A DNA stretch of 64,000 nucleotides, from positions 1 through 64,000 of IMG/VR virus record IMGVR_UViG_3300045135_002615. One strand, written 5' to 3'. Both the position numbers and the translations under genes were made by a program. The notes beneath the pieces were generated by a model that did no database searches, had not been told where the DNA came from, and saw only the letters and a program-made list of their open reading frames with translations. Positions 1 through 8,231 of this stretch are shown piece after piece (the first letter of the stretch is position 1; each line of letters begins with the position of its first letter).

Positions 1-22
1 GTGAGATACTCTAGGTTACACA

Positions 23-988
23 CTAGATTTGATGGGTGAGTAGTTGGTGTCTTACACCAACTAGGTCTCCATTGTAGTCGTACTCAATAGTTCCCCTATC
101 CTTAACTTTTTTGACCCTCTCCCTTGGGACGAGAACGACTTTGTCCGCATTGGTCTCTCGGAGTATAGCCGCTAAGTGGCTAAAGCTAGGTGCGTTAGTC
201 ATCTTTTTAAGATACATAACTTCCCTAAAAACAATGACTGCCATCACGGAGGTTACCCCAATCTCAATAATTAGTTTTGAGAGAGGTCCATTACCGAACA
301 AACTTCCAAGTAGGGCTTCAATCCCTTCACCAGAAAGAAGGGCTATTACATCTGAGAAGTCAAGTTGTCCCGTCAGCCCCGCAACTACAGCGACCGCGTT
401 AAGATCGTATTGCCAATCCCATGCCCATAGAAACAATCCGATCTTAGCGGGCGTGCTGATTGTTTTGAGTACTTTAGATTTAGAGATTAAGCAATCAAGA
501 TACTTGGCTAAGGATATGGTCTTTGTCTTAATCTTGTTAAGACCCCTTAGAACGAAATTGGGCAGCTTATTGACTGCCTTCTCTATCATGCTGTCCCATG
601 AGTTCTTCTCTTGGAGGACTTCATAAAGAGCAGCTAATATAGGCATCTCTTTATAGAGGTATCTACCTAGTTTTGGTAGTAACTGCTTAGCTTCCTTTAT
701 CTTCCGTTTAATAGCTTTCCCCATTTTGATGAGAAGGTTCAGCCCTTCTCTTTTTCCAAGTCCAAGTAAGCTCTTAAACTTTTCCCATGCTCTTGGTGCT
801 TTCTTGAACGTGTCATAGATGAACTGAACCTTCTTTTGAGCAGTCTCGCGTAAGGAGGATGCCGTCTTGCTACCTAAGTTGGTGCTCGTATTTATAGCAA
901 TGACGGAAGCATAAAGAGGGTCAAACCCACTTGAGGATGACTCTCGTATCTTTAACCCTATGTAAAAACACTCTTTTGCAAAACTCAT
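23..988 (-). CDS. hypothetical protein, probable virion/head-associated (contains K-T-A-S motif)
   Basis: 321-aa ORF, SD-like GTGAGG upstream of ATG; SKTASS motif like other putative late proteins here; no recognisable enzyme motif. Confidence 0.75.
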   Translation of the reverse strand: MSFAKECFYIGLKIRESSSSGFDPLYASVIAINTSTNLGSKTASSLRETAQKKVQFIYDTFKKAPRAWEKFKSLLGLGKREGLNLLIKMGKAIKRKIKEAKQLLPKLGRYLYKEMPILAALYEVLQEKNSWDSMIEKAVNKLPNFVLRGLNKIKTKTISLAKYLDCLISKSKVLKTISTPAKIGLFLWAWDWQYDLNAVAVVAGLTGQLDFSDVIALLSGEGIEALLGSLFGNGPLSKLIIEIGVTSVMAVIVFREVMYLKKMTNAPSFSHLAAILRETNADKVVLVPRERVKKVKDRGTIEYDYNGDLVGVRHQLLTHQI

Positions 989-1077
989 GTCTACCTCACT
1001 TATCTGCCCATTGCAACCAATAGAACATAAATAACTTATTTATATGGTGATGGTTGTACTAGGCAAAAGGAGCAACC

Positions 1078-2037
1078 ATGATCGACTTTCTCTCACCACC
1101 GATCCTTTTTAACCCACCCCGTATAGCAAGCGAAAGAGACTCATATCGGCTATCTAAGATAGCCCTGTATCAGTTCAAGCAAGCGAACACTATGGATAAG
1201 AGGGCTAACTGGCTTGGTAACGTCATTAGCTCAGGTCTTACGAAGATCGAGAACTTCTTTAAGCACATCACAGATGCGGTGTTTGGTGCTTTTCAAAAGA
1301 TCATCATCTCTACACCTGTAGTCACACAAGCGACCCGTATTTTTCAGAGACTCGCCTATGATAGACTTCTTGTGAACTTCTTCAGGGCATGGGAAATCGG
1401 AGCAGGTGACTTCAAAGCAAAACGACCGCAGAGAGATGAGCGAGATGTTAAGCGTATTGCCAAATACGCACCTTATGAGGTCTACTTGATGGGCTTTGAG
1501 GGTCGCCCTTCAGAAGACACGATTCCTCTTGCTGAGAAGCTCGCTAGGAAGTCTTTAGGTGCTAGGACTGTATCTCTCATTCTTCTTGAGATGGTTAATC
1601 TCTTCAACCCGATTAAGACAATGCACTATCTTGTAAAGATAAAAGACTTGTGGGGGACAAGTAGAAAAGATTATGTTGCAATGAGAGCTCTATGGTCGCT
1701 CCCAGGTATCATTTTTCAAAGCAAGATGATGCTCTCTGCCTTTGGGATGTCTTTTTTGAGTGGCTTTGGCCTACCCGTAGCTATCGTAGGTGCTTTAGCT
1801 TACTACGGCGTGTCTGACATTCTCATCAAAGATTCAAGAGTGTTTAAGAAACTTATCAAGACAATCCATAAAGAGACACGATATCGGTATAGCCCTCACG
1901 ATCTCGTCAAGAAAATCCCGCCCAAAGATGTCTACCTTCAAGTAGCTCAAGACAGGTATGTCAATGTCTTGAAAGCCCCGAAAGAAGACATCGAACACGC
2001 CGTCGAGATCGGCAAGAAGCAAAAGGACAAGTTATGA
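1078..2037 (+). CDS. hypothetical protein, paralog 1 of a tandem trio (probable virion protein)
   Basis: AAGGAG RBS; shares MI.FL..P, R.AS, KRANW, LGARTVSL, (F/I)NP blocks with the next two ORFs. Confidence 0.85.
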   Translation: MIDFLSPPILFNPPRIASERDSYRLSKIALYQFKQANTMDKRANWLGNVISSGLTKIENFFKHITDAVFGAFQKIIISTPVVTQATRIFQRLAYDRLLVNFFRAWEIGAGDFKAKRPQRDERDVKRIAKYAPYEVYLMGFEGRPSEDTIPLAEKLARKSLGARTVSLILLEMVNLFNPIKTMHYLVKIKDLWGTSRKDYVAMRALWSLPGIIFQSKMMLSAFGMSFLSGFGLPVAIVGALAYYGVSDILIKDSRVFKKLIKTIHKETRYRYSPHDLVKKIPPKDVYLQVAQDRYVNVLKAPKEDIEHAVEIGKKQKDKL

Positions 2038-3005
2038 TCAACTTCCTACTACCCCCTGAAGAGTTCGCTCTTATCCGCATCGCTAGTGTAAACCCTTATC
2101 AACTAGGACGTATTGCACATCGTCAGTTCCGATATGCAAACACTAGAGTTAAGAGAGCCAACTGGTTATGGAATGCTCTTAAAGCTGGTGTTGCATGGGT
2201 CAAGGACTTGCCGAATAAGATGGCAAACCTCTTCTATGGCTTCTTTCAGATGATCATTGTTAAGGCACCTATAGTCGCTCAGATTACTAGGCTTTTCCAA
2301 AAGCTAGCATATAAGAGAATACTTGTTCTTCTTCACCGTTCATGGTCATATGGTAGAGAAGATAAGAGCTATGAGAACCCCATGAGAAACGAGAGGGGTT
2401 TGAGAGATTTACACCCTCACTTAGACTACCCCTCATATGTTATGGGTTATGAAGGTAAGCCCGATAGTTCTCTCCCCAAGAGAGCTATCGAGATCGCTAA
2501 AAGAGAGCTTGGAGCTAGGACTGTATCCCTGATGATAAGGGACGCTTTGCGTTCTATTAACCCTATCCCACAACTAAAGATATTCTTCGATGGTGAAGTT
2601 AGAGAGTATGGGAAGGTTTATAGGTTTAAGGCAAAAAATACACCTTTTAGGCACGCCATCCCTCTTCTCCTTAAAAGTTTCTTTCTCATGATTTTTGGTC
2701 TCAAGTTCATGGCTACCATAGGTGTCTATGGTGTGAGTGGTCTTGTTATTGCGGCAATGACCCAGTACACAGCAAAAGAGGTGTTCACTTCAAATGAAGG
2801 TTCCGCGACATACTCAAGTGTTGCAAAAAGCGTCCGAGAGTTCTGGATTAAATATGTTCAGAGGAAGGATCTACTCAAAACATTAAGCCCAAGAGATGTC
2901 TTTGTGAGGACTAATGAAGACACCTTCAAATCTGTTCTTGAAGTACCCAAGAAAAACATAGAACAGGCAGATGAGGCCCACCCTATCGTAAGCCCAACGA
3001 AATAG
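2034..3005 (+). CDS. hypothetical protein, paralog 2 of tandem trio
   Basis: ATGA overlap with upstream paralog; RIASVNPYQL, KRANW, LGARTVSL, RSINP blocks. Confidence 0.85.
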   Translation: MINFLLPPEEFALIRIASVNPYQLGRIAHRQFRYANTRVKRANWLWNALKAGVAWVKDLPNKMANLFYGFFQMIIVKAPIVAQITRLFQKLAYKRILVLLHRSWSYGREDKSYENPMRNERGLRDLHPHLDYPSYVMGYEGKPDSSLPKRAIEIAKRELGARTVSLMIRDALRSINPIPQLKIFFDGEVREYGKVYRFKAKNTPFRHAIPLLLKSFFLMIFGLKFMATIGVYGVSGLVIAAMTQYTAKEVFTSNEGSATYSSVAKSVREFWIKYVQRKDLLKTLSPRDVFVRTNEDTFKSVLEVPKKNIEQADEAHPIVSPTK

Positions 3006-3017
3006 TTTTTTCTTTTA

Positions 3018-3054
3018 TAGCCTCACATAAGCACACTCAATTTATGTGAGGCTA
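3018..3054 (+). promoter_or_regulatory. RBS-sequestering hairpin overlapping a putative late-promoter motif
   Basis: TAGCCTCACATAA (3018-3030) and TTATGTGAGGCTA (3042-3054) are a perfect 13-bp inverted repeat; the 3' arm holds the SD; CTTTTATA lies at 3012-3019. Confidence 0.6.
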
Positions 3055-3057
3055 CAC

Positions 3058-3981
3058 ATGATCAACTTTCTAAGTAACCCTTCTGACTTCCGTACTCAGA
3101 GCTACCGCGTAGCTTCTGTCTCCCCTTCTCATCTAGCTAAGATTGCTTCTATGCAATACAGCACCCGCCTCCCCCTTCAGAAGAAGGTCAAGTGGGCGAC
3201 TAATGTCATGGCGACCCCTAAGATCGCAGGCATTCGTGACATTGGGAAGAAGGTCTCCGATGCCTTCTTCTCCTTCTTTCAAACACTCTTTGTTAAGACA
3301 CCTGTAATTAAGCAGATCTTGGCTGTCTATCGTAAGGTTGCTGAGAAGAGGCTCAGAGAGATCCTCCATAAATCATGGAAGGTGGCTTTTGACGACCTTT
3401 CTAATTTTGTGACTGTTCCGAAGTCACGCATTAACTTCTTGAAGACATATGGGAAGAACTACTTCTACGATGTCTACCTAGAGACTTTCCAATCAGGTAG
3501 TATAGGTGCGGCTAAGGCATTATTACCTAACCTACAGCAAAGAGCAAAAGATATCGCTGAGAGAGAGATCGGCTTCCGACTAATCTCCTCTCTCGCAAGA
3601 GATGCTCTCCGTTCAATCAACCCCTTCTCCCACATGAAACAGATGAACAATGTATTTGAGTACCTTTATGATAGTTTCAGAACACCTGAACCAGGTGAGA
3701 AAAAGAAGTTAAAAGAGCCCCCTATCGGCTTCATCCTCCCAATGTTCCTTAAGTCAGTCCTTCTTTACATGGCATGGGGTTTTCTATCTACTGCTACCCT
3801 CTCTCCTGTTTTGTTACTTGCCTTTGCAAACTACTCCCCCAAGGAGATATACGCAGCACAGGAGAAGATGGGTCTTGTCAAGTACTTAACTAGGACACTC
3901 GGCAAGGGTTGGAATTGGCTGTCCTTCGGTGACCCTAATAAGGGTCAAGACCCTTCTACACTATGGGCTGAGGGCTTCTAA
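3058..3981 (+). CDS. hypothetical protein, paralog 3 of tandem trio
   Basis: ATG at 3058 (MINFLSNP, matches paralog starts; ORF open from 3046); RVASVSP, EREIGFRLISSL, RSINP blocks. Confidence 0.85.
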   Translation: MINFLSNPSDFRTQSYRVASVSPSHLAKIASMQYSTRLPLQKKVKWATNVMATPKIAGIRDIGKKVSDAFFSFFQTLFVKTPVIKQILAVYRKVAEKRLREILHKSWKVAFDDLSNFVTVPKSRINFLKTYGKNYFYDVYLETFQSGSIGAAKALLPNLQQRAKDIAEREIGFRLISSLARDALRSINPFSHMKQMNNVFEYLYDSFRTPEPGEKKKLKEPPIGFILPMFLKSVLLYMAWGFLSTATLSPVLLLAFANYSPKEIYAAQEKMGLVKYLTRTLGKGWNWLSFGDPNKGQDPSTLWAEGF

Positions 3982-4081
3982 GACCCCTCTTTTGACTCTA
4001 AGTATCTCAGTTTTCAAAGAAAAAACCGCCCCCCTCTGATGCGTTGATATAAATACAACACAACACAAAGGGAAATAAACA

Positions 4082-4885
4082 ATGAGCGGAACTAAGTACA
4101 ACTGGACATCTATTGAGAATGCGATTAAGAATGCGATTAAGCGAGAGGGGACGGACCCGACAGGGAGGGTGTTCATTTATGCAGACCTCCGTGGATTAGA
4201 CCTTAGTGGTCTTGACCTCAGCGGACTTGATCTCACCAAAGCTGACCTCAGAAAGGCTAAGCTCACAGGTGCGAACCTTGAGGGGACGGACCTCAGATGG
4301 GCTAACCTCAAGGGGGCGGATCTGAGCGGGGCTATCCTCACAGGGGCATCTCTCAGCGGGGTTAACCTCAGTGGGTTTAACCTCAGTGGGTTTAACCTAA
4401 CAGGTGCTAGTCTCTATAAAGCTAACCTCAAGGGTGCGAACCTGAAGGGTGCTGACCTCAGCGGGGCTTTCCTCGCGTGGGCTGAGCTCAAGGGGGCTGA
4501 TCTCACCAACGCTACCCTCACAGGTGCAGACCTAACTAAGGCGAAACTCAGAGGTCAAGACCTGAGTGGTCTTGACCTCAGTGGGGCTAACCTCAGATGG
4601 GCTAACATCAGAAAGGCTACTCTCATTGGTACTGACCTAACAGGTGCTATCCTTGAGGGGGCGTGGCTCACAGGGTCTAACTTCACGGGTGCTGACCTAA
4701 CAGGGGCTAACCTATCTAAGCTCAAAAGCTCATTCCTCAAAGAGACTAACTTCACGGGTGCGAACCTCAGTGGAGCGAACCTTACCAAATCTGACTTCAG
4801 CGGAGCTGACCTTACTGACGCTGACCTTACAGGTGCTGAGTTTAACAAGGTTGAAGAACCACTTCTTCTCTCTGATCTCTTATAA
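4082..4885 (+). CDS. pentapeptide repeat protein
   Basis: long run of A(D/N)L(S/T)G-type pentapeptides after a short N-terminal domain. Confidence 0.92.
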   Translation: MSGTKYNWTSIENAIKNAIKREGTDPTGRVFIYADLRGLDLSGLDLSGLDLTKADLRKAKLTGANLEGTDLRWANLKGADLSGAILTGASLSGVNLSGFNLSGFNLTGASLYKANLKGANLKGADLSGAFLAWAELKGADLTNATLTGADLTKAKLRGQDLSGLDLSGANLRWANIRKATLIGTDLTGAILEGAWLTGSNFTGADLTGANLSKLKSSFLKETNFTGANLSGANLTKSDFSGADLTDADLTGAEFNKVEEPLLLSDLL

Positions 4886-4905
4886 TAATCACTTTGATCC
4901 TTTAA

Positions 4906-4954
4906 AGGGTGGGGGTGTATCTTTTCATGGATACACCCCCCACCTTTTTTTTTT
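4906..4954 (+). terminator. intrinsic terminator
   Basis: GGTGGGGGTGTATC / GATACACCCCCCACC stem followed by T-run. Confidence 0.75.
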
Positions 4955-5003
4955 CTTTTATACCTCCCCTTAGCCAACTCAACCCAAAGGAAGGACTCAA
5001 CCA

Positions 5004-5459
5004 ATGAGACATCTAACCGCCAGTCAAAAAATCGCTCAACTTGAGCATCGCATCGCCCATCTTGAGAAAATGGGCTTTTTAACCCCAAGAGCAAAGAAGG
5101 ATCTACAATCAGCCTTATCTACAGCCAAGAAAAGCGGGTATGGCGATTTTGTAAGTGATATTAGTTACCTTTTGAAGGCTAAATCACCGGATGATTTCCA
5201 TAGCGTTTGGTACGACGCTTTTCATCGCTTAGATGGGCATAAAGCCAGCTTGTATCGTGAGATGGATTATTTAGAGAGTGAGGTGGTCTCCGAAATAGAT
5301 AAGACAGTACAGAAGCTCAATGTTCGTATCCAAAAAGCTCAGAAAAAAATACAAGAGCTCTCTAAGAAGAAAATGGAGAGTGAGAAGAGGATGGCGGAGA
5401 TTGAAAAAGAGTTGGAGCCCCTTGAGGAGATATACACACACCTTCAGAGCTTCGATTAA
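5004..5459 (+). CDS. hypothetical coiled-coil protein (N-terminus KIAQLEHRIAHLEKMG shared with 19496 ORF)
   Basis: AAGGAAGG RBS, 151 aa, heptad-rich C-terminus. Confidence 0.8.
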   Translation: MRHLTASQKIAQLEHRIAHLEKMGFLTPRAKKDLQSALSTAKKSGYGDFVSDISYLLKAKSPDDFHSVWYDAFHRLDGHKASLYREMDYLESEVVSEIDKTVQKLNVRIQKAQKKIQELSKKKMESEKRMAEIEKELEPLEEIYTHLQSFD

Positions 5460-5469
5460 TACACCCTTT

Positions 5470-5514
5470 ATGAAGCCCTCCCTATAGACGCATATACTCA
5501 TAGGAGGGCTTCAT
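5470..5514 (+). promoter_or_regulatory. RBS-sequestering hairpin upstream of the split-intein gene
   Basis: ATGAAGCCCTCC / GGAGGGCTTCAT 12-bp perfect core (plus CTAT/ATAG beyond a bulge); 3' arm contains GGAGG, ending 2 nt before ATG 5516; CTTTAT motif at 5466-5471. Confidence 0.6.
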
Positions 5515-5515
5515 C

Positions 5516-6019
5516 ATGGCTGTTGCCTTTAAACGTAATCAGATACTCACAAGAGGTGACCTCGACATCTTCCTCACTAACTCATCAGGGAATGTCGCTA
5601 ACGCCTCTAGTATCTCATACGCTCTATACTTCGTTGACCCTGGTCCACCCGAAACAGATGTACTCATCGGTGACCCCCAACGTATCCCCGAAAACCCATC
5701 TATCGGTGAATACTACGCATCCGTTCGTATCCCTACTACCGCTACCTATGGTCGCTATCGTATCCGATGGACCCTTAAAGAGTTTGTTAACTCAAACGCT
5801 CAGACCGTTGTCCAAGAGTTTGAAGTCGTCCCTGAGAACTCCGTGCTCGGTCCTGAGATGTCCAACGGCGAAAAACAAATGGTCTATAAGCTCCGTATGC
5901 TCCTAAGAGACCAATGCCTCGGTGGTGAGGAACAAATCACCATTGACGCTGATGGTGAAAAGATTACTCTCTCCATAGAGGAGCTATATGACATCATAGG
6001 GGAGACAGGCAATGCTTGA
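5516..6019 (+). CDS. fractured gene part 1: N-extein (133 aa, probable head-tail adaptor/neck protein) + split intein 1 N-fragment
   Basis: extein ends ...LRMLLRDQ, followed by intein block-A-like CLGGEEQITI and stop after 34 aa. Confidence 0.85.
   Translation: MAVAFKRNQILTRGDLDIFLTNSSGNVANASSISYALYFVDPGPPETDVLIGDPQRIPENPSIGEYYASVRIPTTATYGRYRIRWTLKEFVNSNAQTVVQEFEVVPENSVLGPEMSNGEKQMVYKLRMLLRDQCLGGEEQITIDADGEKITLSIEELYDIIGETGNA
5915..6016 (+). mobile_element. split intein 1, short N-fragment (34 aa)
   Basis: starts with Cys (CLGGEEQITIDADGEKITLSIEELYDII), acidic; parallels IntN2 (SVRGDT...KVKLTIEELHEII). Confidence 0.8.
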
Positions 6020-6113
6020 AGGACTGCTAACTAAGTTTGAACTCACAAGAGAGCAACTAAATAAAAAAGGTCGAGTCTCTAAAGAGATTGTAGAAAAGGA
6101 GCTTGGTCTATGA
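6012..6113 (+). CDS. 33-aa ORF inside the intein-1 split, possibly a remnant of a free-standing endonuclease gene
   Basis: MLEGLLTKFELTREQLNKKGRVSKEIVEKELGL*; overlaps stop of part 1 and ATGA-overlaps part 2; too short for the ORF track. Confidence 0.5.
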   Translation: MLEGLLTKFELTREQLNKKGRVSKEIVEKELGL

Positions 6114-6496
6114 CATCTCAAGAGAAAACACAGAAGATCAAAGATGCCTTCCAAAAAGGAAAACTCACCATCAAATCTATGGACTCTCAAGGTGAGTTCT
6201 CTTGGAAGCAAATCTCTAAAGCACACAAGAACCCGACACCAGTTGAACCCATATATAAAATCACCACTGAGCAAGGGAAGCAACTCATAGTCACAGGAGG
6301 GCATCGTGTGTATATGAGCCCTAACCTCTGTGTCCCCGCTGAAGATCTCTCTGTCGGTCTTAGCCTACAGACAACACAAGGCTTAACTAAGGTCTCCCAT
6401 ATCGAGGTCATACAAAACAGACCCTTTATGTTCGACCTGACCGTAGAGGATAACCATAACCTTGTACTAGAAGGTTCTGATGTGGTCGTACACAAC
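6110..6496 (+). mobile_element. split intein 1, long C-fragment (129 aa)
   Basis: TxxH, DLTV..NHN, terminal His-Asn followed by Cys+1; basic N-terminus; no endonuclease domain. Confidence 0.88.
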
Positions 6497-6880
6497 TGCC
6501 CTGATAAGTTTTACCATTTCAGACCTCCCGAGCATGAATCCAACATCGGATCATACAATCAAGTCTTCGGTCAAGTATGGGAAGATGCCGAGTTCCTTGA
6601 GTACCTTGAGAGAGCACTCGATTGGTGGAACCTCCAACCTCCCGAAACTGAGAACCTCTCAAATATGGATCAACTCATCTCTCAAAAGCCCGCATGGAGA
6701 ACTCCCATCCTTCAAGGTGCTATTCAGTTCGCTGCTATGGCTCTACAAGCAAATTGGATCGTGGACGAATTCTCGGTTAGGGGGGATACCGACTTAGAGG
6801 TATTACTCCCTAGTGGGGAGAAGGTTAAGCTCACGATTGAAGAACTTCATGAGATTATAAAAGAGGAGGGTGAGGAGTAA
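6110..6880 (+). CDS. fractured gene part 2: split intein 1 C-fragment + middle extein (92 aa) + split intein 2 N-fragment
   Basis: TGGH (block B), FMFDLTVEDNHNL (block F), VVHN/C (block G) at residues 129/130; C-terminal SVRGDT...IEELHEII intein N-fragment. Confidence 0.9.
   Translation: MTSQEKTQKIKDAFQKGKLTIKSMDSQGEFSWKQISKAHKNPTPVEPIYKITTEQGKQLIVTGGHRVYMSPNLCVPAEDLSVGLSLQTTQGLTKVSHIEVIQNRPFMFDLTVEDNHNLVLEGSDVVVHNCPDKFYHFRPPEHESNIGSYNQVFGQVWEDAEFLEYLERALDWWNLQPPETENLSNMDQLISQKPAWRTPILQGAIQFAAMALQANWIVDEFSVRGDTDLEVLLPSGEKVKLTIEELHEIIKEEGEE
6773..6877 (+). mobile_element. split intein 2, short N-fragment (35 aa, Ser1)
   Basis: SVRGDTDLEVLLPSGEKVKLTIEELHEII resembles block A (C/S-x-x-G-D-T) and aligns with IntN1. 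Confidence 0.78.
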
Positions 6881-7827
6881 TGTTGAAGCAAAGACACCTC
6901 ATAATGAAATACGGGTTTAACCAAAGGCACTTAAAGAGTTTGATTGAGGAGGGTATCCTTAAGACCTTGCCCACAGAGGGCAAACGTAAAGTACCCCTCA
7001 TAGACCCTGAAAGTTTTGAAAGTCTTTTAGAAGGGGTACACTACCTCTCATGTAAGGAGTGTGGGTCGAGGGTTGCTCAAGTGTCACCAATGCACTTGAA
7101 ATCTTGTTCAGGCTTGTCTTTAGACTCCTACTTTAAGAAGCACACGGATGCTCCATACATGTGTGAGTTCACAAAGAAGAACAAGAAGAAGTCAGAGGAG
7201 CAAAAGATAAGACAGTCCGAAACCCTCAAGGCAAGGTTCAAGACCCCTGAAGGCGAGATCACCCGAAGGCAGATTAGTGAAGCAAGTATAAAAATGCAAC
7301 AGAGTGAGGTGGGAGATCGCATCAAAGATGCTCTTAGAGAAAATAACAAAAACCCTATCTCTCTCGCTAAAAAGAGCAAAAAGTCTAAAGCAATGTGGGC
7401 TACCAAGTCCCATCAAGAAAAGATAAAAAAGTGGCACAAGGATAACCGAGATCAAGTCCTTGAAAGCTGTAAGTACGCAAGAGAACACATCTCCCACACT
7501 TACACAAAACCGCACCATACTTTGAAACAGATGCTTGTTTCAGAGGGTATCGAGACTTTGACTGAACATAGCGTTTCTCACTACCATATAGATGAAGCCA
7601 TACCTTCTCTCAAAATCGCTATAGAGGTTGATGGGTGTTATTGGCATGGGTGCGATGCCTGTGGGTTTACCCCCACAAAAAGAATCGCAGGGAATGATAA
7701 AGCCAAAAACACAAACCTATCTAAGCTAGGGTGGGCTGTGCTTAGGTTAAAAGAACACGAGGTCTATGGTGACCCTGACTCTTGTCTTGAAAGAATAAAA
7801 AACCTAATCCAGCAAAGGAGCGTATGA
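6880..7827 (+). CDS. free-standing Vsr/DUF559-like (PD-(D/E)xK) endonuclease, probable homing endonuclease
   Basis: C-terminal YHIDEAIPSLKIAIEVDGCYWHGC...DKAKN..L..LGWAVLRL.E; N-terminal CKECG..HL..C zinc motif and basic NUMOD3-like segments; lies between the halves of split intein 2. Confidence 0.85.
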   Translation: MLKQRHLIMKYGFNQRHLKSLIEEGILKTLPTEGKRKVPLIDPESFESLLEGVHYLSCKECGSRVAQVSPMHLKSCSGLSLDSYFKKHTDAPYMCEFTKKNKKKSEEQKIRQSETLKARFKTPEGEITRRQISEASIKMQQSEVGDRIKDALRENNKNPISLAKKSKKSKAMWATKSHQEKIKKWHKDNRDQVLESCKYAREHISHTYTKPHHTLKQMLVSEGIETLTEHSVSHYHIDEAIPSLKIAIEVDGCYWHGCDACGFTPTKRIAGNDKAKNTNLSKLGWAVLRLKEHEVYGDPDSCLERIKNLIQQRSV

Positions 7828-8231
7828 TGGACAACTCGACCAAACAAGCAATCAAGCAGGCTTTCTTACAAGGGGAGCTTAAAGTTCTCTCCGTAGATAA
7901 CGACACCAACCAAGTAGACTACCAAGTCATCTCGGATGTGATGAAGCATCATACTCCACATAAGAGAATACTTCGAGTAGAACTCGATAATGGTCAGTTC
8001 GTCATCGCTACCCAAGACCACTCCCTATTCACTATCGAAGAGGGTAAAATCAAAGCCATTGAAACAGATCAGTTTTCTGTTGGAGATACTCTCGCTATCG
8101 TTGAAGACGGTCAAGTCAAAGGGTGTCTTATCACTAACATCTCTCAAGAGGATGACTGCGAACACACTTATGACCTCTGTGTGCCTAGGAACGAAAACTT
8201 TGTGCTTGCTAACGGAATACTAGCCCACAAC
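7824..8231 (+). mobile_element. split intein 2, long C-fragment (136 aa)
   Basis: TxDH, YDL.V..NENF, terminal His-Asn followed by Ser+1; N-terminus (KQAIKQAFLQGEL) resembles IntC1 (QKIKDAFQKGKL). Confidence 0.88.

Noticed and set aside
111-626. 171-aa + strand ORF
   Set aside because: Lies wholly antisense to the 23-988 gene, which has the RBS; shadow ORF
4555-5094. Antisense ORFs rich in RSAPVR repeats (also 8974-9504, 18495-18758)
   Set aside because: Reverse-complement shadows of pentapeptide-repeat codons
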